The notes beneath the pieces are model-generated. The model had not been told where the DNA came from, did no database searches, and saw only the letters and a list, made by a program, of their open reading frames with translations. From Schizochytrium sp. TIO01 (Eukaryota; Protista; Bigyra: Labyrinthulomycetes), in assembly GCA_004764695.1 (NCBI GenBank), contig SMSO01000025.1, positions 3,906,001 to 3,970,000 of the forward strand: DNA of 64,000 bases, in the 5' to 3' direction. This document shows, piece by piece, positions 35,951-45,107 of the stretch (the first letter of the stretch is position 1; each line of letters begins with the position of its first letter). The translations under genes and the position numbers were made by a program.

Positions 35951-36788
35951 AACAACACAATCGTGTATGCAATCCTATTTTTAATACAAGTTATTCCTAT
36001 ACAACCACCCCGTTTTCTGGGAACATATAGATGCCTCCACAGAGCCCGTACGTCCACTTAGTGCTACTCAAATCTCAGACGAGATGTAGGGAAAGCGAGG
36101 TGTGACAGCCGCAATAAAGACGCCTCCTTGGATGGGTCTATATTGTATTCTGTACAGACGTTCATTAGTATTAAAATGATTGCACAGTACTACAGATACA
36201 AAGTATGCGAAAAAGAAGAGGCGAAGGAAAAAAAAAAAAGGCGGCGCTGGAGCAGAGTCCTTACCGCTCTCCCGTCTCCGCGGGTCTCTCGCCCCGAGAG
36301 CTAGTCCTTGCCGCCGTCTACAAGGCGAGCAGCAGGCCCACTACCCTGCTGTTCTGCCCGGCTGCCCGTGCCTTCCCTTCTCTCCTGGTCGCTGCCCTGG
36401 ATCTTGGGCGGCATCAGCATCAGCAGATTGGCAGAGAGACAAAGCAAGCGGAAGGAAAGAAAAACAAAGAGAGAAGAAGAAGAAAGAAACTACAAACAAT
36501 TTGAAACAAACGAACTGTGAGAATTGGAGAAACAGCAATCAAACAATCAATCAAACAATCAAACAAGCGATCGCAGACGAGCATTCTTTGATAAGACACA
36601 TCGCAAGATCTCTCTCGCACTCCCTTTTCCTCTTTCTCAAAGAAGTTAGCTGCTGGCTGACTGGCGTTTGAGAGAGTATTAGTTCGTTTCTTTGTTTGGT
36701 CGTTGATTGATCGCTGATTGTTCTTTTCTTTTGGCTGTAGTTGTTGTGGTGAAAGCTTAGATACAAGAGAAGAGGTGTGTTTGTATGC

Positions 36789-36897
36789 TTTTCTTTCCTT
36801 TCCTTTTCTTTTCTTTTCTTTTCTTTTCTTTCCTTTGCTTTGCTTTGGTTTTTGCTTTTCTTTTCTTTTCTTGCTCTAGCTTTTCTTTTCTTTTCTT
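36789..36897. repeat. (CTTTT)n polypyrimidine tract, probably within a 5' intron/UTR of the downstream gene
   Basis: Directly visible; followed by candidate CAG acceptors near 37030-37060. Confidence 0.8.
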
Positions 36898-37158
36898 TGG
36901 CACATTTGCATTTCTCTATTTCTCTTCAGGGCTTTTGCTTTCATTCGCATTCTCGTTTGCATTTGCAATTTGCTTCCGCATTATCGCATCGCATCGCTCC
37001 GCTCCATTGCAGCGTGGCGTTGCCTTGCGTTGCCTTGAACTGTAGTGCAGTGCAGCTCAGGGTCGGGAAACCTGGGACCGGCCTGAGTTGCCGTCGTCTT
37101 GGTCGCTGGTTTCGTTGAGGTCGAAGTCGAGGTCACCGGGAAGGACCAGAGCTGCGGG

Positions 37159-38748
37159 ATGCTGGGCCAGGAAAGCTCGGGCCCGCATGGGTCTAATGTC
37201 ATGCTCGTGGACGATGCACACGGGATGGGTCTCAATGGTCTAGGCATGGGTAAATCGCATATGGGTCAGGTATCGATGGCAGAATCTGCGACTTCGGCAG
37301 CAGCAGCAGCTCCTTTAGGCCTGCCAAGTTTGAAAGCTCCCGAGGGAGAGGACTTGGACCGCGTGGGTCGCGTGAGCATTGCAGGACACTCACCGAAAAC
37401 GTGGCTTATGAGCAGCGTGGATACGAATGGAATCACTATTGCGGTACAATGGCACGGGCGTACCAAAACCTTGCAGGACGCCAGCGACCCTTGGGGCCAC
37501 CATGGCCACGCAAGACATGACACTGTCTCAGAGACAGATGTGGCTGTGACGCTGGAGCGCTTTGAGGTAGAGCAAAATTTTGTGCGAACCCCGAGCCAGA
37601 GCTTGACGGACAAGTTCAAGGCAATCCCACTGGTCTCGCTTCAGCCATCGAGGGGCTACTTTTTCGAACTCATCTCTCTCAAACCACGAAACGCATCACG
37701 AATTACCTTTAAGAACAACCACAACGGACACCAAAACCGACTTGTGGTCCGCCTTACTTACACGCTAATCCTTCGCGGCCGTGGCATTGGTATCACACAA
37801 TCCATTGCTACCAACCTCGTTGAGGTGCACACCAAGAACAGATACATTGGCCAAGATGAGATGTCTCGCTTCCGAACAGATTACATGGCCAACCTACAAA
37901 CCATTAAGAAAACCTGTGAGGGGCTCAACCAGAACCTTCCAGTCAAGGTGACATCATACCTAGCTCGTCTCTTCGCTGCAGAAGATGAGCTCTGGCAAGC
38001 ATATTGCAAGTCTCGCGCAAAACAAAAGCATGTGAAGGCTCGTGAACTTTCCCGCAAGACCCGGAAGCGAGCAATGATTGGATACCTCGGCGATGCTGGC
38101 ATGCCAATGTCACCGAACGTCATGGGTCATCACCAGCACCATCAACCACCACCTCCGCCTCCTCACCAACAGCAGCAACACCAACAACAACAACATCATT
38201 CCCAGCACCACCAACACCAACAACATCACTCCCAACAACAACAACAACAACACATGCACCACCAGCAACAGCAACAGCAACATATGCACCATCATCATCA
38301 GCAACAACAGCATATGCAGCACCACCAACACCATCATCATCATCAACAACAACAACAGCCCCATCACAGCATGATGGACATGCACGGCTCTACCCCGCCT
38401 GGGTCCGCCGGCGACATGGATCATGGTCTGAATGATATGGGCTCGCACACGTCCCATCACGACGCGGTCAAGTCCCCCTCATCAGGAATATTATCATCGG
38501 CGCATGGAGCTGCCCTTAGCTTGCCTGCCCTTACTGATTTTTCAGAAAAGTTTACCAACGCGATAGAAGAAATGTCAACCAAACTGGCTGGCTTGGATCG
38601 AAGAATGCAGCAGGCTCTTGGTAGATTGGAGTACCTTGAACGGAGCATGGGGGGTCCCTCGAATCCCGGCCCAACAATGATGCATCACAGTTATGACCAC
38701 CACCAACAGCAGCAACAGCAGCAAAGGAGTAAGCGGGTACGAACTTGA
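37159..38748 (+). CDS. PolyQ/His-rich protein, putative transcription factor with a beta-rich DNA-binding-like domain and C-terminal coiled coil
   Basis: Long ORF, first ATG at 37159 (could be extended by an upstream exon). Globular beta-rich region (PKTWLMS...VEVHTKNRY), basic patch RKTRKR, Q/H tract, heptads (IEEMSTKLAGLDRRMQQALGRLEYLE), terminal NLS-like RSKRVR. Confidence 0.75.
   Translation: MLGQESSGPHGSNVMLVDDAHGMGLNGLGMGKSHMGQVSMAESATSAAAAAPLGLPSLKAPEGEDLDRVGRVSIAGHSPKTWLMSSVDTNGITIAVQWHGRTKTLQDASDPWGHHGHARHDTVSETDVAVTLERFEVEQNFVRTPSQSLTDKFKAIPLVSLQPSRGYFFELISLKPRNASRITFKNNHNGHQNRLVVRLTYTLILRGRGIGITQSIATNLVEVHTKNRYIGQDEMSRFRTDYMANLQTIKKTCEGLNQNLPVKVTSYLARLFAAEDELWQAYCKSRAKQKHVKARELSRKTRKRAMIGYLGDAGMPMSPNVMGHHQHHQPPPPPPHQQQQHQQQQHHSQHHQHQQHHSQQQQQQHMHHQQQQQQHMHHHHQQQQHMQHHQHHHHHQQQQQPHHSMMDMHGSTPPGSAGDMDHGLNDMGSHTSHHDAVKSPSSGILSSAHGAALSLPALTDFSEKFTNAIEEMSTKLAGLDRRMQQALGRLEYLERSMGGPSNPGPTMMHHSYDHHQQQQQQQRSKRVRT
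38128..38367 (+). repeat. Coding CAN repeat (polyGln/His)
   Basis: CAA/CAG/CAC/CAT codon run. Confidence 0.9.
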
Positions 38749-39572
38749 GTTGAGTTGACTAGGCACTCTCTTTTGTTTTCTTTCTCTTTTGACCTGAACA
38801 CCATATCAAAAGCGACTACGACTACTACATTGCGCACCTCGCACTACCTTTATTTAGTGTGCCAACTTGGTGTTTCTGTAGTAGCGCTAGTAGTAGTTGT
38901 TGTTGCTGCTGCTGCTGCCCTTGGCTTTTTCTTGCAAGCAACCTCAAAGATGTTAGAAATGATGTCCGCGATGATATTGGTACACATTTGTGGCGTTCAT
39001 CCATTCAAACACATCGATAGACAGAATCAATCCTTTTTTTTCACGCACTATAGACACACACAGTACCTTGAGGACACCCTCCCCCTTTTTCCTGAGTTTA
39101 GGTTTTATCACATAAACATGAAAAGTCATTAAAATAATATGCAATGATCTCCCATTACGATTGAAATTGAAAGGAGGCATACATGAACATAAACGTCAAA
39201 CAGCTGACTATTTAATGCTTTCCTCATCTCTTCTTGTTAGTTTTATCCAGATTCTTTCCTTTCATTTCCTGCGCAAGTCCCAAAGGTAGGGTTGGGTTCT
39301 ATTTTGTTTGACTGACACTGGAAATCAACGAACATTGATTAAGTCTCAAAAAGGGAAGACTATAAGTCTACTGAGCTCGATTTCCTTCATTCAGTCCACA
39401 AGAAAGATTTTCAAACTCTGATGATTCTTTAAAATTATACACATTTATTTTATTCTTATGTTCCTAGTAAAATAACAACTGTACAGGAAAGGCTCCGTTG
39501 GCAGAGGGGAGTATATCGTACCATCTTTCTAGAGCTTTATTCACAATATTAATATGATATTAGTCTGCTCCT

Positions 39573-40199
39573 TTAGCGAACCTCAAGTAGGTTCAGGTGA
39601 CGGTTATTGATCGCAAAGTTAATCGTCTGAAGGGCATTCGGGGAGGATGGCGGTCCGGACAAGCGAATGAGGCAAAGCTCATTGCCATCATCCTGTTCGC
39701 TCTGGTCAGCAGAATAGGTGTTGCCGATCAAGAAGGTTGACACAAAGCCCGCCAGGGTGTCGAGTTTGTGCAAGGTTTCATCGAGGTTACCACCGCAGTG
39801 GATGATAAAGCGCCCACGAGGGTGGCGTTGCATAGTTTCTACCATTGCCTCAATGGCTTCATCATGGAGACGGTGGAAGTTGTGCTGCTTTCTAATATGT
39901 GTAAATGTTGCATGGTCTAAGTACCCAGCCAGCACTACAACTTCGGCATCAGGAAAGAGGACCTCCCGAACCTCCTCGTCTTCCTCCATCTCAGAAGACT
40001 CTGCAGCACTATCCATGCAGATGTCGCCGTCATTGTTTTCCTCGTCCATCGTCAGATCGACAAAGTCTTCCTTTGTCTCCTCGCTGTTGCGCATCTCCTG
40101 CTCCTCCTTCACTCTTGAAGTAGTCTCTTGGAACTCTGGCGCGTGCACAGCATCCATCTTGGACGGACCAGTTCCAAAGTTCTCAAACTGGACAGCCAT
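39573..40199 (-). CDS. Uncharacterised protein, tandem paralogue A (208 aa)
   Basis: ATG at 40199 gives MAVQF..., matching the paralogue's start. Acidic N-half; conserved C-domain LFPDAEVVVLAG...CLIRL...INFAINNRHLNLLEVR. Confidence 0.85.
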   Translation of the reverse strand: MAVQFENFGTGPSKMDAVHAPEFQETTSRVKEEQEMRNSEETKEDFVDLTMDEENNDGDICMDSAAESSEMEEDEEVREVLFPDAEVVVLAGYLDHATFTHIRKQHNFHRLHDEAIEAMVETMQRHPRGRFIIHCGGNLDETLHKLDTLAGFVSTFLIGNTYSADQSEQDDGNELCLIRLSGPPSSPNALQTINFAINNRHLNLLEVR

Positions 40200-40388
40200 T
40201 TTTGTTTTGTTTCTTTCCTCTCTAGAGCTCGTAGACCTTGGTTCGGCTGAAGACACCTTTCGGTTTTACTTTGCCCTCCGCTTTGATTGTGCTCGCTCGC
40301 TTAGTTTTTAATCTTGGAACTGTGCTTGGAGTTTTGGGTTTGCTGTTGCCCTGGTCATCCCATCCCTTCGTGACAGCACACACTCTTC

Positions 40389-40446
40389 TTTCCAGACTGC
40401 TCTAGAAGCTTCCAGAAAGCAACATCTAACCAATCTCGAAATTTCC
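40389..40446. promoter_or_regulatory. Heat-shock element array upstream of paralogue A
   Basis: In-phase alternating pentamers tTTCc aGACt gCTCt aGAAg cTTCc aGAAa (40389-40418), then aATCt cGAAa tTTCc (40432-40446); begins 190 bp from the ATG. Confidence 0.75.
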
Positions 40447-41011
40447 TAATATTATGGATAATGAAGGATATCCTAGGATCCTACAATGACTGCTTCTTGC
40501 TAACAATATGAACGAGAACACCCAAGCGATTCCAAGCTAATCACTGAGCTTGACAGACTTCTACAAATGTCTTGGCTACAGGAACCACTACCCACGGACC
40601 AAACTTACAATGAGTATCGTTTGCTTTCCAGAAATATCAGATTAAAAGGTTCGTCAAAGGGGAGGTATGGCATCAGAAGAGAAATCAAGAGAGGTAGATG
40701 AAGAAAACATGTTAAGCAAAAAATCTAAGACATTTATATTAAGTCTGCACATTTTTGATTGTGAAAACTGAACGGCATTATACGTATTTTCGGTCCATTT
40801 ACTGACTCGGAATAGTTCTATTTTTGTGAAATCAGTAGGCAGATATGAGGTAAGCGAGATCCAACATTCATGGACAAGAGGGAATCTCGACATGAGTAAA
40901 CATTATAATTCATGAACATAATATAATTTGATTGTTTGTTTTTAAAAGTTTATTTATTAGACAGGGAACAGGATGATACTACAACAGATGTGGGTGATTT
41001 TTTTTTATTGA

Positions 41012-41725
41012 TCAGCGCACCTCCAAAAGGTTGAGGTGACGGTTGTCAAGTGCAAAATCAATGGACTGGACTGCCTCTTTCGATGAAACATCGGTCTCAA
41101 GGTGAATCAGGCAAATGTTAATATCGTCGTCCTCGTCAGGTGTTGGTGTATCCTTGTCACCAAGAAGAAATGCGGAGACCTTGCCCACTACGCCACTAAG
41201 CTCGTGAACAGTGTCAGATAGGTTGCTACTATGTACGAGAAAGCTACCACGACTACGGCGACGAATAGCCTCAATCATTGCTTCTCTGGAGTTGTCCTCA
41301 AGCGAGAAGAGACGGTGCTTGAGTTGAATTTTAATGAGAGTGTCGCGATCCATAGCACCAGCGAGGACAACCACCTCAGCACCAGGAAAGAGCGCCTCTG
41401 GTATAGTCTCCTGGCGATCCTCTTCCAATTCTACACTAGCTGAAGATGTATCACTGTGCTCAGCTGGGCTATGCTGATCTTCGGATGCGGAAGGAGACTC
41501 AGGAATATCCATTTCAATATCCTCATCGTCCTGCATCGCTGTTGTGACGTTATGCAAAGCCTCGTTAATCTCAGTATCCATGGTAGGCTCCTCTTTCATC
41601 TCAACATCGTACTGCGGCCAGTCAGGCTGATGTTCCTTCTGTCTAGCCTGTTCGTCCATGCGCTGCTTCTCAGCACGGAGAGAGGCCATCTTGGGTGGAA
41701 GCTCCGGACCAAACTGAACGGCCAT
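41012..41725 (-). CDS. Uncharacterised protein, tandem paralogue B (237 aa)
   Basis: MAVQF... start; conserved C-domain LFPGAEVVVLAG...CLIHL...IDFALDNRHLNLLEVR. Confidence 0.88.
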   Translation of the reverse strand: MAVQFGPELPPKMASLRAEKQRMDEQARQKEHQPDWPQYDVEMKEEPTMDTEINEALHNVTTAMQDDEDIEMDIPESPSASEDQHSPAEHSDTSSASVELEEDRQETIPEALFPGAEVVVLAGAMDRDTLIKIQLKHRLFSLEDNSREAMIEAIRRRSRGSFLVHSSNLSDTVHELSGVVGKVSAFLLGDKDTPTPDEDDDINICLIHLETDVSSKEAVQSIDFALDNRHLNLLEVR

Positions 41726-41840
41726 GTTGAGGTTGTTGTTGTTCTTACTTGTCTCTTGCGCGAAGCTTGTGTTAATCGTTTTTGCTTGCTTGCTTGCTCG
41801 GCTCGCTAGCTCGCTCGATTTGTTTGGGATTTACTTTAGG

Positions 41841-41880
41841 TTTGGTTTCCAAGTTTTGGGTTTGGTTTCCAAGTTTTGGG
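41841..41880. repeat. 20-bp direct tandem duplication (TTTGGTTTCCAAGTTTTGGG x2) in the 5' region of paralogue B
   Basis: Two exact adjacent copies. Confidence 0.9.
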
Positions 41881-41917
41881 TTTGCTGAAGTTTAAGAGGA
41901 CTATCTCGGTACACACT

Positions 41918-41990
41918 CTTCTCGATGATTCGAGAAACTTCCAGAAACTATAGGGCCTCTTATCTCGAAGCTTCCGGAAAGCTCGAGAAA
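41918..41990. promoter_or_regulatory. Double heat-shock element array upstream of paralogue B
   Basis: cTTCt cGATg aTTCg aGAAa cTTCc aGAAa (41918-41947) and tATCt cGAAg cTTCc gGAAa gCTCg aGAAa (41961-41990); begins 193 bp from the ATG. Confidence 0.85.
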
Positions 41991-42163
41991 AAGTAGTCCC
42001 CGTGGTCAAGTTTGACCTAATACCGGCTTTTCTATCCTATCGTGCTCTTAGTAACTATATGAGTCAGAGAAGAACTATAAAAGGAAAGCAAGTAAGGCGG
42101 TTAGCTGATACAGTCGGAACTTCATAGGTGTCTATTCCTTTTCAAAGATACCCTGAGAGGGAA

Positions 42164-44128
42164 TTACTTGTTACTCGTCCTCACCTTCTTAGTTTTGGGC
42201 GATTTAGCCTTCTCTGAGCTGGATGATTTTTTTGATTTCTTCGCAGAAGCGCTGGCAGCCTTAGGTACAGCCTTTTCGATAGAGGATTGGTCGTCCTTAC
42301 CCTGCAGATCAGATGTATCAGACGCCTTGCGCTTAGTTCCTTTGCTATCTTTGCCCTTTGTTACCCGAAGTTGGCCCTGCTTGCGACGTCCAAAAGCAGA
42401 AATGGCCTTGCGCTCGACAGGACGCCGCTGCAATGTCTTGCGCTCTTTCGTAGATGGCTTGCGCAGCTTGAGCATCCAGTCAGGAACTTCACAGCCGGAT
42501 AAGCGCATCACGTTTGCGATAGGTCGCAGATATTCGATATCGTCGTGTGTGAAAAATGTGTAGGCCTTACCGGTCTGATTTGCACGACCGGTACGACCGA
42601 TGCGGTGCACGTAACTAATGGCCGATGTGGGAAAGTCATAATTGACAACGCACCGTACGCCCTTGAAATCAATACCACGGCCCATGAGTTCAGTACAAAT
42701 CAGAATCCAAACTTGGCCCGCACGGAACCGACGTACAACTTCGTCACGCTGTTGCTGAGTACGGTCTGAGTGCATGACATCAATTTTGTAGCCATCATAG
42801 ACAAGCTCCTCATAGAGTTGCTGCGCACGGTCCTTACTCTGAACAAAGACGAGGGTTGGCGGGGTAAGCTCTCCGTCCTGGATGAGCTGCTGCAGGCCGA
42901 TCATCTTACCGTTCTCTTGACCAGCAAAGATAAGTTTCTGGTCAATCGTTGTGGCACCGGCGTTTTTGGTACCGATGACAATTTGAACAGGGTCACGCAA
43001 GACAGTCTGTGCAAGTTGCTCGATTTGGGGCGGCATGGTGGCACTCACCATAACGCGTTGCGTATTAGCACCACACGCGCTAATGATCTCATCAACATGT
43101 TCCAAGAAGCCCATCTCAAAGAGTTTATCAGCCTCATCAAGAACAAGGTAGTGCACAGTAGAGAGATCCACCTCCTTCTCTGCCACCATAGATGCAAGAC
43201 GCTCGGGAGTGGTCACAACCATATCAAACTTTTCAGGTGTCTTTGTACCCTTGCGGAGAAGGGCGCCTCGCACACCCTTCACGTTTTGAGCAAGTTTTTC
43301 GAATTCACGAAGAATTTGTGCTGCCAGCTCGCGTGTCGGAGCGATAACTAGAGCCTGAGGACCACGCGAGTGTCCATGCCGGTTCTGGAAGCGCATAATC
43401 ATGGGCAGTAGGAATGAGGCAGTTTTACCTGAACCTGTCGGAGCGCAGCCCAAGATGTCGCGACCAGCTAGCAATGCGGGCAAGGTCTCCATTTGGATAG
43501 GTGTGGGCTCCGCGTACTTGCTACGTTCAATGTTCTCACAAATCACGCGAGCGCGCTCACGAAGTGCGTGTTCGGAGACCGCTTTCTCACCCTCCTGGTG
43601 CTTGAGGCGAGTCAGCTCCGCAACAGAGAAGCTGAGTACCGGGTTGCGGAGATCATTTCCACGAACCTTGATCTGCAGACGCTTGCGAAGCGCCTTGATA
43701 TCCTCATCATCGAGTGCATGCATGGCTGCCTCAGCTTCCGCATCTCCTGTCAAAGCTGCCTCGTCCATCTCTGCATCATTCACCTCTTGAGCTTCTTGAT
43801 CGTCACCCAGGGACTCTTTTGCAGATTTTGAAGCCTTCGTTGGTTTCGAAGCCTTCACAGCCTCGCGAGGTTTGGCATTCTCGGTTCCTGATTTTTTCGC
43901 AGTAGCAGAGGAAGGTCCTGAGTTGAAGAAGTCGAGCGCAGAGGTGCGGGGGCGCTTGCGGCCACCTGCGACGTCCGTATCACCATGCTGCTGCGGCTGC
44001 GGTTGTTTGTTGGGCCTGCGTCTCAGCACATCAAGTGCCATAGCATTTGCTCCTTTGTCAAACTTGAGGCCTCCAACAAGACTCGCGAAGACATCATCTG
44101 TGAGCGACCGCTTTCCTGACGGTGCCAT
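42164..44128 (-). CDS. DDX52: DEAD-box RNA helicase DDX52/Rok1
   Basis: Q motif EPTPIQM, CAPTGSGKT, PTRELAAQI, DEAD followed by KLFE, SAT, FVQSKDRA, ICTELMGRGIDFKGV, YVHRIGRTGRA; the KLFE and RGIDFKGV variants are typical of Rok1/DDX52. ATG at 44128. Confidence 0.92.
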   Translation of the reverse strand: MAPSGKRSLTDDVFASLVGGLKFDKGANAMALDVLRRRPNKQPQPQQHGDTDVAGGRKRPRTSALDFFNSGPSSATAKKSGTENAKPREAVKASKPTKASKSAKESLGDDQEAQEVNDAEMDEAALTGDAEAEAAMHALDDEDIKALRKRLQIKVRGNDLRNPVLSFSVAELTRLKHQEGEKAVSEHALRERARVICENIERSKYAEPTPIQMETLPALLAGRDILGCAPTGSGKTASFLLPMIMRFQNRHGHSRGPQALVIAPTRELAAQILREFEKLAQNVKGVRGALLRKGTKTPEKFDMVVTTPERLASMVAEKEVDLSTVHYLVLDEADKLFEMGFLEHVDEIISACGANTQRVMVSATMPPQIEQLAQTVLRDPVQIVIGTKNAGATTIDQKLIFAGQENGKMIGLQQLIQDGELTPPTLVFVQSKDRAQQLYEELVYDGYKIDVMHSDRTQQQRDEVVRRFRAGQVWILICTELMGRGIDFKGVRCVVNYDFPTSAISYVHRIGRTGRANQTGKAYTFFTHDDIEYLRPIANVMRLSGCEVPDWMLKLRKPSTKERKTLQRRPVERKAISAFGRRKQGQLRVTKGKDSKGTKRKASDTSDLQGKDDQSSIEKAVPKAASASAKKSKKSSSSEKAKSPKTKKVRTSNK

Positions 44129-45107
44129 GTTCTCCTCCTCCACTCAGCTCTACTCCACCCAATCTCCTCTCAGCAGCGCACCCAGTTCGTGTTCCACGAT
44201 CGAACGAGCCTTGCAGAAGTAAGAACTTAGAAGCTGGCTGAAGCTGTCTTTGAATCAATTCACTATTCAAGTCTGCGCGGTCAGCACGCTCGAAATCTAA
44301 GTTCAAATTCAAAAATGTCCACGGTTTCCGATTGATGCATCGATTGATTGATCAGTCATTTCCTTTGATTCACTCTATCAATACTCTTTACTATATGATT
44401 GCTATACTTCACTTTCCCCATCTATACTTCACTACAAACTCGTATTCTCTACTTGTGGGATTCCACGTAATATAAATCTGTAACAATGTCATTACTACCT
44501 AAACTAAGCGCTCAGAACCAGCCAGTCATCCATGGGGACAGCCTCATAACTTCCCTTCTCATCTTAGTTCCCTATACGTACATTGTAGGCACCTACCTAC
44601 CTATATACAAACAGGTAGGAAGTCCTATCTCATAATAACTTAAGGAGAATAGGTAGATACCTATGTTTTTTGTCCCTATGACCAAATGTTAGTATGTCCC
44701 ATCCATAAGTGAAGGTAAAGAGGGTTAAATGAGGTGTAGCGATGCGACCGGGATAAATAAGGGTAATTACGAGGAACGTTCCACACTCTTTGCTTGGGAG
44801 AGAACATGCATAGACCGCGGCGAGGAGTAGTGGTGGAATACTAATAATGATGGTAGAAAAGCCTATGGCAGTGCTTGAAGATTTTACAAAAGGGGCTGTT
44901 TCTTGCTTCCTTTAAGATAAAGTTGATGACTTGGAAGGCAAAACTCCGACAGCTTGAGTTCTGAGAAGATCTTCTTGAGGGGGTGGCAGAATCAACTTAA
45001 ACTCAGATCAGCAGAACCGGAACTGCTACTTGGGTGGCAATCTTTGTCGGTGTGACAAGAGGCTGACTGTTTGCTGCACTGTGTAGCTTTGACGATTCTT
45101 TGATACG

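Noticed and set aside
36180-37118. Several K/R-rich or F/L/S-rich ORFs
   Set aside because: Translations of (GAAAA)n and (CTTTT)n low-complexity tracts.
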